Below are positions 9,704-17,760 of a stretch of 44,959 bases of DNA, piece by piece. This stretch comes from Clostridia bacterium (GTDB lineage Bacteria; Bacillota; Clostridia; Oscillospirales; CAG-272). A program made the translations under genes and the position numbers. The notes below the pieces were generated by a model. That model had not been told where the DNA came from. It saw only the letters and a program-made list of their open reading frames with translations, and searched no databases. The DNA lies in the NCBI GenBank assembly GCA_017461635.1, contig JAFTXK010000078.1, positions 1 through 44,959 on the forward strand. Direction: 5' to 3'. How positions within the stretch are numbered: position 1 is the first letter of the stretch; each line of letters opens with the position of its first letter.

Positions 9704-11365
9704 TTACTTATTTATGATAGCACCCTTGTCGGCTGAGCTTACCATTGCCGCATAGCGCTTCAGATAACCATTCAGGTTTTCCTTCTTCTTTATGGGCATT
9801 TCAGCCTTTCTCTTTGCTATTTCTTCGTCCGAAACCTTAAGAGAAATGCGGTATTCGGGGATATTGATGGAGATAATATCGCCGTCCTTTACATAAGCGA
9901 TAGTGCCGCCCGAGACAGCCTCAGGAGAAACATGACCGATAGAAGCACCGCGTGTTGCGCCGGAGAAACGACCGTCTGTAATAAGAGCCACATCCTTATC
10001 AAGACCCATACCTGCAATTGCCGAGGTGGGAGAGAGCATCTCTCTCATGCCGGGACCGCCCGAAGGACCTTCATAGCGGATAACAACAACGTCACCCTTT
10101 ACGATTTTTCCTGCGTAAATTGCCGAAATAGCCTCTTCCTCGCTCTCATAGACCTTTGCAGGACCTTCGTGAACGAGCATTTCGGGAGCAACTGCGCTTC
10201 TCTTAACAACACATCCGTCGGGAGCAAGATTACCCTTCAAAACCGCAATACCGCCTGTTTTTGTAAAGGCTGTTTCGGGTGTTCTGATGGTCTCGGGATC
10301 GCGGTTATAAGCATCAGCAATATTTTCAGCCATCGTCTTGCCTGTTACGGTCATAACAGAGGTATCAAGCAGACCGAGCTTGTCAATTTCACGGAGCACT
10401 GCGTAAACGCCGCCTGCTTCGTTAAGGTCTTCCATATATGTAGGACCTGCGGGCGCAAGATGGCAGAGGTTGGGAGTAACCTCGCTTATTCTGTTTACTT
10501 CTTCAAGATCAAATTCAACGCCGCATTCGTTTGCGATTGCGGGCAGATGAAGCATACTGTTTGTTGAGCATCCCAGAGCCATGTCCGCTGTGATTGCATT
10601 CTTTATTGCCGCCGCTGTCATGATGTCACGGGGACGGATATTCTTCTTTATCAGCTCCATAACCTGCATGCCTGCGTGCTTTGCCAGCTCTATTCTTGCG
10701 GAATAAACTGCAGGAATAGTGCCGTTTCCGCGCAGACCCATGCCGAGAACCTCAGTGAGACAGTTCATGGAGTTTGCTGTATACATACCCGAGCAAGATC
10801 CGCAGGTGGGGCAAGCCTTATTTTCAAATTCACAGAGCTTATCCTCGCCGATATTTCCTGCCTTATATGCGCCGACAGCCTCAAACATTGCCGAAAGACT
10901 TCTCTTCTTGCCGTCAACTCTGCCTGCCAGCATAGGACCGCCGCTGACGAAAACGGTTGGGATATTAAGTCTCGCCGCCGCCATAAGCAGACCCGGTACA
11001 TTCTTATCGCAGTTGGGGATCATAACAAGTCCGTCAAAGCCATGCGCCATGACCATTGCCTCTGTTGAATCGGCAATGAGGTCTCTTGTTACAAGTGAGT
11101 ACTTCATGCCGACATGACCCATTGCAATACCGTCGCAGACAGCGATCGCAGGGAACATGATAGGCGTTCCGCCTGCCATTGCAACACCCAGCTTAACGGC
11201 CTCGGTGATCTTATCCAGATTCATGTGTCCGGGTACTATTTCATTATACGAGCTGACAATACCGATGAGAGGTCTGTCCATTTCTTCCTTTGTAAGTCCG
11301 AGCGCCTTGTAGAGCGAGCGGTGAGGCGCATTGTGCGCGCCGTTTACTATCGTATCTTTGATCAT
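9704..11365 (-). CDS. ilvD: Dihydroxy-acid dehydratase
   Basis: [24 protein letters not shown]..., CDKNVPG and [15 protein letters not shown] motifs. The true start is ATG 11365, preceded by AAGGAAGGAA. The track ORF carries a 22-aa spurious N-extension. Confidence 0.95.
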   Translation of the reverse strand: MIKDTIVNGAHNAPHRSLYKALGLTKEEMDRPLIGIVSSYNEIVPGHMNLDKITEAVKLGVAMAGGTPIMFPAIAVCDGIAMGHVGMKYSLVTRDLIADSTEAMVMAHGFDGLVMIPNCDKNVPGLLMAAARLNIPTVFVSGGPMLAGRVDGKKRSLSAMFEAVGAYKAGNIGEDKLCEFENKACPTCGSCSGMYTANSMNCLTEVLGMGLRGNGTIPAVYSARIELAKHAGMQVMELIKKNIRPRDIMTAAAIKNAITADMALGCSTNSMLHLPAIANECGVEFDLEEVNRISEVTPNLCHLAPAGPTYMEDLNEAGGVYAVLREIDKLGLLDTSVMTVTGKTMAENIADAYNRDPETIRTPETAFTKTGGIAVLKGNLAPDGCVVKRSAVAPEMLVHEGPAKVYESEEEAISAIYAGKIVKGDVVVIRYEGPSGGPGMREMLSPTSAIAGMGLDKDVALITDGRFSGATRGASIGHVSPEAVSGGTIAYVKDGDIISINIPEYRISLKVSDEEIAKRKAEMPIKKKENLNGYLKRYAAMVSSADKGAIINK

Positions 11366-11450
11366 AATTCTATTCCTTCCTTTGAAAAGTGCGTTATTGT
11401 TCACGGAAACGGGCGAGATAGCTCTCGTCAATTTCCACGGACAATAATTA

Positions 11451-11479
11451 TTGACATTTTTCGCCCCTTATGATATAAT
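11451..11479 (+). promoter_or_regulatory. SigmaA promoter of peptide (toxin-like) mRNA A
   Basis: TTGACA-17 nt-TATAAT with an extended -10 (TGaTATAAT). It points away from ilvD. Confidence 0.7.
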
Positions 11480-11587
11480 CTTACCCGGAAACCTCGGTTT
11501 CCCGGAGAGTACCATAAAACGGTGGCGGTTGCTTCCTTATTTTTGAGGAAGTGTAAATCTTTTTGCCTTCCTCACACGAGGGAGGTG

Positions 11588-11680
11588 ATGAAAGTGGATA
11601 ATGTTACGTGGAACGATCTTATTCAGATCGCATTTCTTGTCTTTGCCATTTTATCTTGTTTTTATAACAAAAAAAGATAA
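11588..11680 (+). CDS. Small hydrophobic peptide A, putative type I toxin (30 aa from the ATG; 28 aa if GTG 11594 is used)
   Basis: MKVDNVTWNDLIQIAFLVFAILSCFYNKKR: one predicted TM helix plus a basic C-terminal tail. GGAGG (11581-11585) lies 8 nt before GTG 11594. It is a paralog of peptide B and too short for the ORF track. Confidence 0.6.
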   Translation: MKVDNVTWNDLIQIAFLVFAILSCFYNKKR

Positions 11681-11752
11681 CCGCCCAGCTTCCAAAATGT
11701 GCGGTTATCTTTAATCGTAAACTTGGGAAGCAACCGTCACACGGTGCTCTCC
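11668..11752 (-). ncRNA. Putative antisense sRNA A (antitoxin-like), ~85 nt
   Basis: It starts ~7 nt after the consensus -10 (GGAGAGCACCGUGUGACGGUUGCUUCC...) and ends at hairpin AGATAACCGC/GCGGTTATCT (11675-11710) followed by UUUUUUU on the minus strand. It overlaps the last codons and 3' UTR of peptide A. Confidence 0.6.
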
Positions 11753-11758
11753 GTTACT

Positions 11759-11787
11759 ATTATAACCGACTTATCGTTTTTTGTCAA
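11759..11787 (-). promoter_or_regulatory. Consensus sigmaA promoter of antisense sRNA A
   Basis: Minus strand reads TTGACA-17 nt-TATAAT exactly, with an AT-rich upstream tract. Confidence 0.7.
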
Positions 11788-11863
11788 TAGTTTAATTATA
11801 AAAAACAGTACTTTTGCTAAGTTTTCATATTGTCTCACATATATGGCACTATTGACGACTGTA

Positions 11864-11892
11864 TTGACAAAAATCGTCAAATATGATATACT
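11864..11892 (+). promoter_or_regulatory. SigmaA promoter of peptide (toxin-like) mRNA B
   Basis: TTGACA-17 nt-TATACT with TGn extended -10. A 7-bp inverted repeat TTGACGA/TCGTCAA (11852-11858 / 11874-11880) brackets the -35. Confidence 0.65.
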
Positions 11893-12008
11893 TACCTTGG
11901 AGACCCGAAAGGCTCTCCCGGAGAGTGCCATATAACGGTGGCGGTTGCTTCCCTTAACGGGAACGCAGATTTTTTTTTGTTTGCCTTCCCGAGAGGGGAG
12001 GTGATGCT

Positions 12009-12098
12009 GTGTATTTAACACTTGAGCAGTTATTCCTGATTTCAGGTTTTATACTTGCCCTTCTTACTTACATTGACAATCATAACAAAAAGAAATAA
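12009..12098 (+). CDS. Small hydrophobic peptide B, putative type I toxin (29 aa, GTG start)
   Basis: (M)YLTLEQLFLISGFILALLTYIDNHNKKK. GGAGG (11997-12001) lies 7 nt before GTG 12009. It has the same architecture as peptide A (xTxxxL-hydrophobic helix-NKK[RK]). Confidence 0.6.
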   Translation: MYLTLEQLFLISGFILALLTYIDNHNKKK

Positions 12099-12172
12099 CC
12101 GCCTCTGCTTCGAAACGTAGGCGGTTAAATCTTTTAACTTAAGCGTGGAAGCAACCGTCATCGGTGCTCTCC
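12086..12172 (-). ncRNA. Putative antisense sRNA B (antitoxin-like), ~87 nt
   Basis: It starts after the consensus promoter (GGAGAGCACCGAUGACGGUUGCUUCC...) and ends at hairpin TAACCGCCT/AGGCGGTTA (12096-12127) followed by UUUCUUUUUGUU on the minus strand. It overlaps the peptide B stop codon and 3' UTR. Confidence 0.6.
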
Positions 12173-12178
12173 GTTACT

Positions 12179-12207
12179 ATTATAACCGACTTATCAATTC
12201 TTGTCAA
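12179..12207 (-). promoter_or_regulatory. Consensus sigmaA promoter of antisense sRNA B
   Basis: Minus strand TTGACA-17 nt-TATAAT. The block 12162-12222 is nearly identical to 11742-11802. Confidence 0.7.
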
Positions 12208-12243
12208 TAGTTTAATTATAAATTTTTTAACAATTCCGGCACA

Positions 12244-12272
12244 GGGGGCTTTTCTTTTATGAAAAAGCCCCC
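12244..12272. other. Strong stem-loop just downstream of the ilvC stop
   Basis: GGGGGCTTTT-cttttatga-AAAAGCCCCC (10-bp stem). No clean U-tract follows on either strand. It could be a partial terminator or stabiliser for ilvC (minus) and/or the end of mRNA B (plus). Confidence 0.4.
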
Positions 12273-12294
12273 GATGCGTTTGGTGTCAAATATA

Positions 12295-13344
<1,050 letters not shown>

Positions 13345-13357
13345 TTATTGTTTCTTT

Positions 13358-13384
13358 GCCTTCCCTGCAAGGGAAGGCTTTTTA
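13358..13384 (+). terminator. Stem-loop with a T-tract only on the + (non-coding) strand, between ilvN and ilvC
   Basis: GCCTTCCCT-gca-AGGGAAGGC followed by TTTTTA on the + strand. On the operon (minus) strand it is followed by AAAGAAAC, so it is not a terminator in the sense direction. Confidence 0.4.
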
Positions 13385-13876
13385 TTTGTTGAGAAGCGTA
13401 CCTGCGCCTCTTTCAAGGGCTACGATACCCGTGCGGCACATTTCAAGGATGCCGTAGGGCTCCATGAGCTTAACAAAAGCATCTATCTTTGTGGGGTCGC
13501 CCGTGATCTCGATGCAAAGTTCGGTTGCGGTATAGTCGATCACCTTTGCTCTATACACATTTGTCGCATCCAGCACATCCGAGCGTGTTTCACGGTTATT
13601 TTTAACCTTAATGAGCATCAGCTCGCGGGTAATCGGCGCATCGTCCAGAACCTCCACCTTTTTGACGTTATAGAGCTTCTTCATCTGATTTATCATCATC
13701 TGTCTCATATAATCGTCGCCGTCAAGTGTGATGGTGATACGGGAATAATCGGGGTTTTCCGTTTCGCCAACGGTCAAAGCGTCGATGTTGAAGCCGCGGC
13801 GGGTGAACATGCTGGTAACTCTTGTCAGAACGCCGGCTTTGTTATCAACATAGACCGCAATTACAAACTTACTCAT
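13382..13876 (-). CDS. ilvN: Acetolactate synthase small (regulatory) subunit
   Basis: MSKFVIAVYVDNKAGVLTRVTSMFTRRGFNIDALTVG... (ACT domain). ATG 13876 overlaps the ilvB stop (ATGAGTAA), with GGAGGGTG upstream. Confidence 0.9.
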   Translation of the reverse strand: MSKFVIAVYVDNKAGVLTRVTSMFTRRGFNIDALTVGETENPDYSRITITLDGDDYMRQMMINQMKKLYNVKKVEVLDDAPITRELMLIKVKNNRETRSDVLDATNVYRAKVIDYTATELCIEITGDPTKIDAFVKLMEPYGILEMCRTGIVALERGAGTLLNK

Positions 13877-15563
13877 TGCCTTCACCCTCCTTATTTACAA
13901 TAATATCATCAATAGAGCCGCCGGGAGGAAGCATGGGAAGAACAAATTCGTCCTTATCGATAAGAGTATCGATGATAACAGGTCTGCCTGCCGCTAGAGC
14001 ATCCTCAAATGCCTTTGCAAACTCGTCCGGAGTAGCCGCTCTTACGCCGATAGCGCCAAAAGCCTCTGCCAGCTTAACGAAATCGGTCTGTCTGCCGAGC
14101 ACGGTGTTTGAATATCTCTTTCCGAAGAAGAGTGTCTGCCACTGGCGAACCATTCCGAGAACGCCATTGTTCATAAGAACGATAACAACAGGGATATTAT
14201 AAGAAACCGCCGTTGCAACCTCATTGAGATTCATGCCGAAGCTTCCGTCGCCCGTGATAAGGACTGTAGGATCGCCGCTTCCGACCATTGCGCCGAGAGC
14301 CGCACCGAGACCGAAGCCCATTGTTCCAAGTCCGCCCGAGGAAACAAAGCGTCTTGGACCGTCAAAATCCGCATACTGCGCCGCCCACATCTGATGTTGT
14401 CCAACATCGGTTGCGATAACGGTATGCGCAGGCTTCTTTTCGTTGATAATATCAAGAACCTTTTTGGGCGTAAGCGCGCCCTTGGCTCTTTCCTCTGCCT
14501 TCTTTTCAAGGTCTGCCTCGCGAGCCTTCAGAGACCCAACAAGCTCGTTCCATTCGGGATGCTTTGCCCGAGGGAGAGCCGCCGCGATTCTCGTAAAGGA
14601 ATCGTAAACATCGGCAACGATACCGAGATCAACATTTATATTCTTATTTATCTCCGCAAAATCGGGATCAAGCTGAATTATCTTACTGTTCTTTGCAAAT
14701 TTTGCCGCATTTCCCGTGGCTCTGTCGCTGAAACGAACTCCAACCGCCAAGATAAGGTCGGAATCCTTTTGCGCCAAGGATGAAGCGAAATGACCGTGCA
14801 TACCCTGCATACCGAGGAAGCGTTCACAGCTATTTGGAATAGCGGAAAGTCCCATAAAGGAGCATCCGATATAAGCATCGATCTTTTCGGCAAGAGCCAT
14901 TATCTCCTTGCCCATTCCCAGACCTGCCGCGCCGCCGCCGATATAGATATAGGGGCGCTTTGCCTCCTTTATCATATCAACCGCCGCATCGATCTCGCTC
15001 TGCTCAGCCTTTGGCAGAGGGATCTTGGGAGCGACCGGCTGAATCTCAAAATCGTATTCCGCGATCTGAACATCCTTCGGAACATCGATAAGAACGGGGC
15101 CCGGTCTGCCGGATTTTGCAATGCTGAATGCCTCGCGGATGGTGTCTGCAAGATCAGCAATATTTTTAACTATGTAGTTATGCTTTGTGATTGGAAGCGT
15201 AACGCCTACGATATCTATCTCCTGGAAGCTGTCACGTCCGAGGAGAGGGCAGGGAACATTTCCCGTGATGGCAACCATCGGAACAGAATCAAGCATTGCT
15301 GTTGCGATACCTGTAACAAGATTTGTCGCACCGGGGCCCGAGGTTGCAATGCAAACGCCGACCTTGCCGGTAGCTCTCGAATAGCCGTCGGCGGCGTGTG
15401 CCGCACCCTGCTCGTGAGCTGTTAAAATGTGATTTATTCTGTCGCTGTTTTTATAGAGGGCGTCATAGATATTTAGTACCTGACCGCCCGGATAACCGAA
15501 AACATCGGTAACGCCCTGCTCAATGAGGGTGTTTACGATGATCTCCGCACCTGTCATTTTCAT
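13869..15563 (-). CDS. ilvB: Acetolactate synthase large (catalytic) subunit
   Basis: 564 aa ThDP enzyme: MTGAEIIVNTLIEQGVTDVFGYPGGQVLNIYDAL..., ...GDGSFGMNLNE... Confidence 0.93.
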   Translation of the reverse strand: MKMTGAEIIVNTLIEQGVTDVFGYPGGQVLNIYDALYKNSDRINHILTAHEQGAAHAADGYSRATGKVGVCIATSGPGATNLVTGIATAMLDSVPMVAITGNVPCPLLGRDSFQEIDIVGVTLPITKHNYIVKNIADLADTIREAFSIAKSGRPGPVLIDVPKDVQIAEYDFEIQPVAPKIPLPKAEQSEIDAAVDMIKEAKRPYIYIGGGAAGLGMGKEIMALAEKIDAYIGCSFMGLSAIPNSCERFLGMQGMHGHFASSLAQKDSDLILAVGVRFSDRATGNAAKFAKNSKIIQLDPDFAEINKNINVDLGIVADVYDSFTRIAAALPRAKHPEWNELVGSLKAREADLEKKAEERAKGALTPKKVLDIINEKKPAHTVIATDVGQHQMWAAQYADFDGPRRFVSSGGLGTMGFGLGAALGAMVGSGDPTVLITGDGSFGMNLNEVATAVSYNIPVVIVLMNNGVLGMVRQWQTLFFGKRYSNTVLGRQTDFVKLAEAFGAIGVRAATPDEFAKAFEDALAAGRPVIIDTLIDKDEFVLPMLPPGGSIDDIIVNKEGEGNE

Positions 15564-15587
15564 TGGAGTGTAGTCCTTTCTATGGAA

Positions 15588-17273
15588 TTATTTATGCGCG
15601 TCCATCAGTCTGTTGACTGCGCTCACAAGAGCTCTTACCGAGGCCTTGATGATATCATGGCTTATGCCCGTACCCCAGTAGATCTCATCATTATATTTAA
15701 TGCTGACATAGGATGCCGCCTTTGAGCTGGATTTGCCTTCAAGGGCGTGCTGTGTATAGCTTTCGAGGACATAATCAAGTCCTGTGAGAGAATGAATCGC
15801 GTTTGAAACCGCGTCAAGACGTCCGTTACCCATTTTGGTAAGCTCGATCTCCTTACCTGCCAGAACTATGTTGCAGTTTGCACGGATATCCTCGCCTACG
15901 TCCTCATATACCGCCTTCTTCACCTCGATATTTGTCGTCAGATTGACAAAGTCACGCATAAAGATGTCATAAACCTCGCTCGGCTGAAGCTCTCTGTGCT
16001 CATGGTCGGAAATGCTCTTGACATGATATCCGAATGCCTCGCGCATCTTGGGAGGAAGCACATGGCTGTACTGAGTTTCAAGGATATAACCGATGCCGCC
16101 CTTACCCGATTGGGAGTTGATGCGGATAACGTCTGCCTCATAAACCCTGCCGATATCGGCGGGATCGATGGGAAGATAGGGCACGTTCCAGATCTTTGCG
16201 TCCTTTTCCACCCGGTGCTTCATACCCTTTGCGATAGCGTCCTGGTGAGAACCGCTGAACGCCGCGAATACAAGCTGACCGCTGTAGGGCTGTCTCTCAT
16301 AGACGTGCATTCTGGTGACCTTTTCATAGACCTTTGTGATCTCGGGGAGATTTGAGAAATCAAGTCCGGGATCAACTCCCTGAGAATACATATTCAGTGC
16401 GAGAGTTACGATATCAACATTACCCGTTCTCTCGCCGTTGCCGAAGAGGGTTCCCTCAATTCTGTCGCCGCCTGCAAGCAGACCCATTTCGCTGTCCGCC
16501 ACCGCGCATCCTCTGTCGTTATGAGGATGGAGCGAAATTATAAGATTTTCTCTGTGCAGAAGATTCTTGCACATATATTCAACCTGATTTGCATAGACAT
16601 GAGGCATTGAATGTGAAACGGTTACGGGAAGGTTGATAATGACCTTATCCTCCGCCGTAGGCTCCCAAATCTTTATGACCTCGTTGCATATCTCAGCGGC
16701 ATATTCGGGCTCGGTGCCTGTAAAGCTCTCGGGAGAATATTCAAAGGTTATTTCACCGTCACCGTTTGCTCTTGCCTGCTCTCTATATTTTTTGCAAAGC
16801 TCAGCACCGAATTTTGCAATTTCGGTTATCTCGTCCTTGCTGCGTCTGAAAACCTGCTCTCTCTGCGCCACTGAGGTGGAATTATAGAGGTGAACCACGG
16901 CATGCTTTGCGCCTTTGATCGCCTCAAAGGTTTTTGCTATTATATGCTCTCTCGATTGGGTAAGAACCTGAATCGTAACATCATCGGGAATAAGATTCTG
17001 CTCGATGATTGTGCGGCAAAATTCGTATTCTGTTTCCGAAGCGGCAGGGAAGCCTACCTCGATCTCCTTAAATCCAACTTTAACGAGAAGCTTGAAAAAT
17101 TCCAGCTTTTCTTCGAGGCTCATGGGGACTATCAGCGCCTGATTGCCGTCGCGCAGGTCAACACTGCACCAATAGGGGGGCTTATCGATCTGTGTTTTCT
17201 TCATCCAGTCCATTGTCACTCCCTCGGGGGCGAAGAACTGGGGGGCATATTTGTTTACATTTTTCATTGTCAT
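15588..17273 (-). CDS. leuA: 2-isopropylmalate synthase (long LeuA type)
   Basis: 561 aa with ...WCSVDLRDGNQAL..., HPHNDRG and a C-terminal LeuA dimerisation/regulatory region. RBS AAGGAG lies 9 nt upstream. Confidence 0.93.
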   Translation of the reverse strand: MTMKNVNKYAPQFFAPEGVTMDWMKKTQIDKPPYWCSVDLRDGNQALIVPMSLEEKLEFFKLLVKVGFKEIEVGFPAASETEYEFCRTIIEQNLIPDDVTIQVLTQSREHIIAKTFEAIKGAKHAVVHLYNSTSVAQREQVFRRSKDEITEIAKFGAELCKKYREQARANGDGEITFEYSPESFTGTEPEYAAEICNEVIKIWEPTAEDKVIINLPVTVSHSMPHVYANQVEYMCKNLLHRENLIISLHPHNDRGCAVADSEMGLLAGGDRIEGTLFGNGERTGNVDIVTLALNMYSQGVDPGLDFSNLPEITKVYEKVTRMHVYERQPYSGQLVFAAFSGSHQDAIAKGMKHRVEKDAKIWNVPYLPIDPADIGRVYEADVIRINSQSGKGGIGYILETQYSHVLPPKMREAFGYHVKSISDHEHRELQPSEVYDIFMRDFVNLTTNIEVKKAVYEDVGEDIRANCNIVLAGKEIELTKMGNGRLDAVSNAIHSLTGLDYVLESYTQHALEGKSSSKAASYVSIKYNDEIYWGTGISHDIIKASVRALVSAVNRLMDAHK

Positions 17274-17314
17274 GGGGCAAAACTCCTTTCAGTCTTTCGG
17301 CTGTATGGGGGCTT

Positions 17315-17585
17315 AAAAAAACAAAAAGCTCCTTTACGCAAACAGCCATAAACTTTTGCATAAAAGAGACGAAGATGTTTATATATTCTCCGCGGTACCA
17401 CTCTGCATTGACGGCTGTGCCGCCCACTTACTGTCCTGTCCACCAACAAGACTTCTCTGTAACGGGAGATCCCGCCCGAGTCTACTGAGCATTGCCTTAG
17501 CAATACCTTTCGGTCGGGGATTCAGGGAGGAGCAGGACAACACTCCGCATACCGCCTTACACCACCCGACGGCTCTCTTTGATGC
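17315..17585 (-). promoter_or_regulatory. T-box riboswitch leader (BCAA tRNA-responsive) controlling leuA-ilvBNC
   Basis: The minus strand has an AAAGAGAG stem I start and a T-box core CAGAGUGGUACCGCGGAG (plus 17391-17401 = CGCGGTACCAC). The terminator is CUCUUUUAUGCAAA/UUUGCGUAAAGGAG (14 bp, 17329-17368) followed by CUUUUUGUUUUUUU. Confidence 0.85.
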
Positions 17586-17622
17586 CTTGTGAACCTTTTT
17601 CCCATCATAATCTTTACATGTT

Positions 17623-17651
17623 ATTTTATCTTATTTTTCGGCTTTTGTCAA
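17623..17651 (-). promoter_or_regulatory. SigmaA promoter for the T-box/leuA transcript
   Basis: Minus strand TTGACA-17 nt-TAAAAT. Confidence 0.65.
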
Positions 17652-17689
17652 GAGGAATGTTACATTTTTTCATTTTTGTAGCACCTCAC

Positions 17690-17744
17690 AAAAACCAAAC
17701 ATGCCGCGGCTTTGGTCATGTGCATTTTTCACAACCAAAGCCGC
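17690..17744 (-). terminator. Probable terminator after ilvE
   Basis: 11-bp stem GCGGCTTTGGT/ACCAAAGCCGC (17706-17716 / 17734-17744). On the minus strand it is followed, after 5 nt, by GUUUGGUUUUUG. Confidence 0.5.
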
Positions 17745-17760
17745 AGCTTCTGCTCGAAAA

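Noticed and set aside
11504-11540. Possible T-box core in ACGGTGGCGGTTGCTTCC on the + strand
   Set aside because: It does not match the GGUGGNACCGCG core, has no stem I or antiterminator arrangement, and is on the strand opposite the ilv genes. The genuine T-box is at 17315-17585.
11699-12021. Track ORFs of 78 aa (+, 11699-11935) and 94 aa (-, 11737-12021) in the ilvC-ilvD gap
   Set aside because: They run across predicted promoters, terminator hairpins and both repeat blocks, and they lack RBSs. The short RBS-backed peptide ORFs and the sRNAs explain the region better.
11451-12222. The two ~350-nt direct repeats as a CRISPR array or IS remnant
   Set aside because: There are only two units and they are far too long for CRISPR repeats. 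There are no cas genes, no transposase and no terminal inverted repeats. The internal promoter/RBS/terminator organisation fits expressed cassettes.
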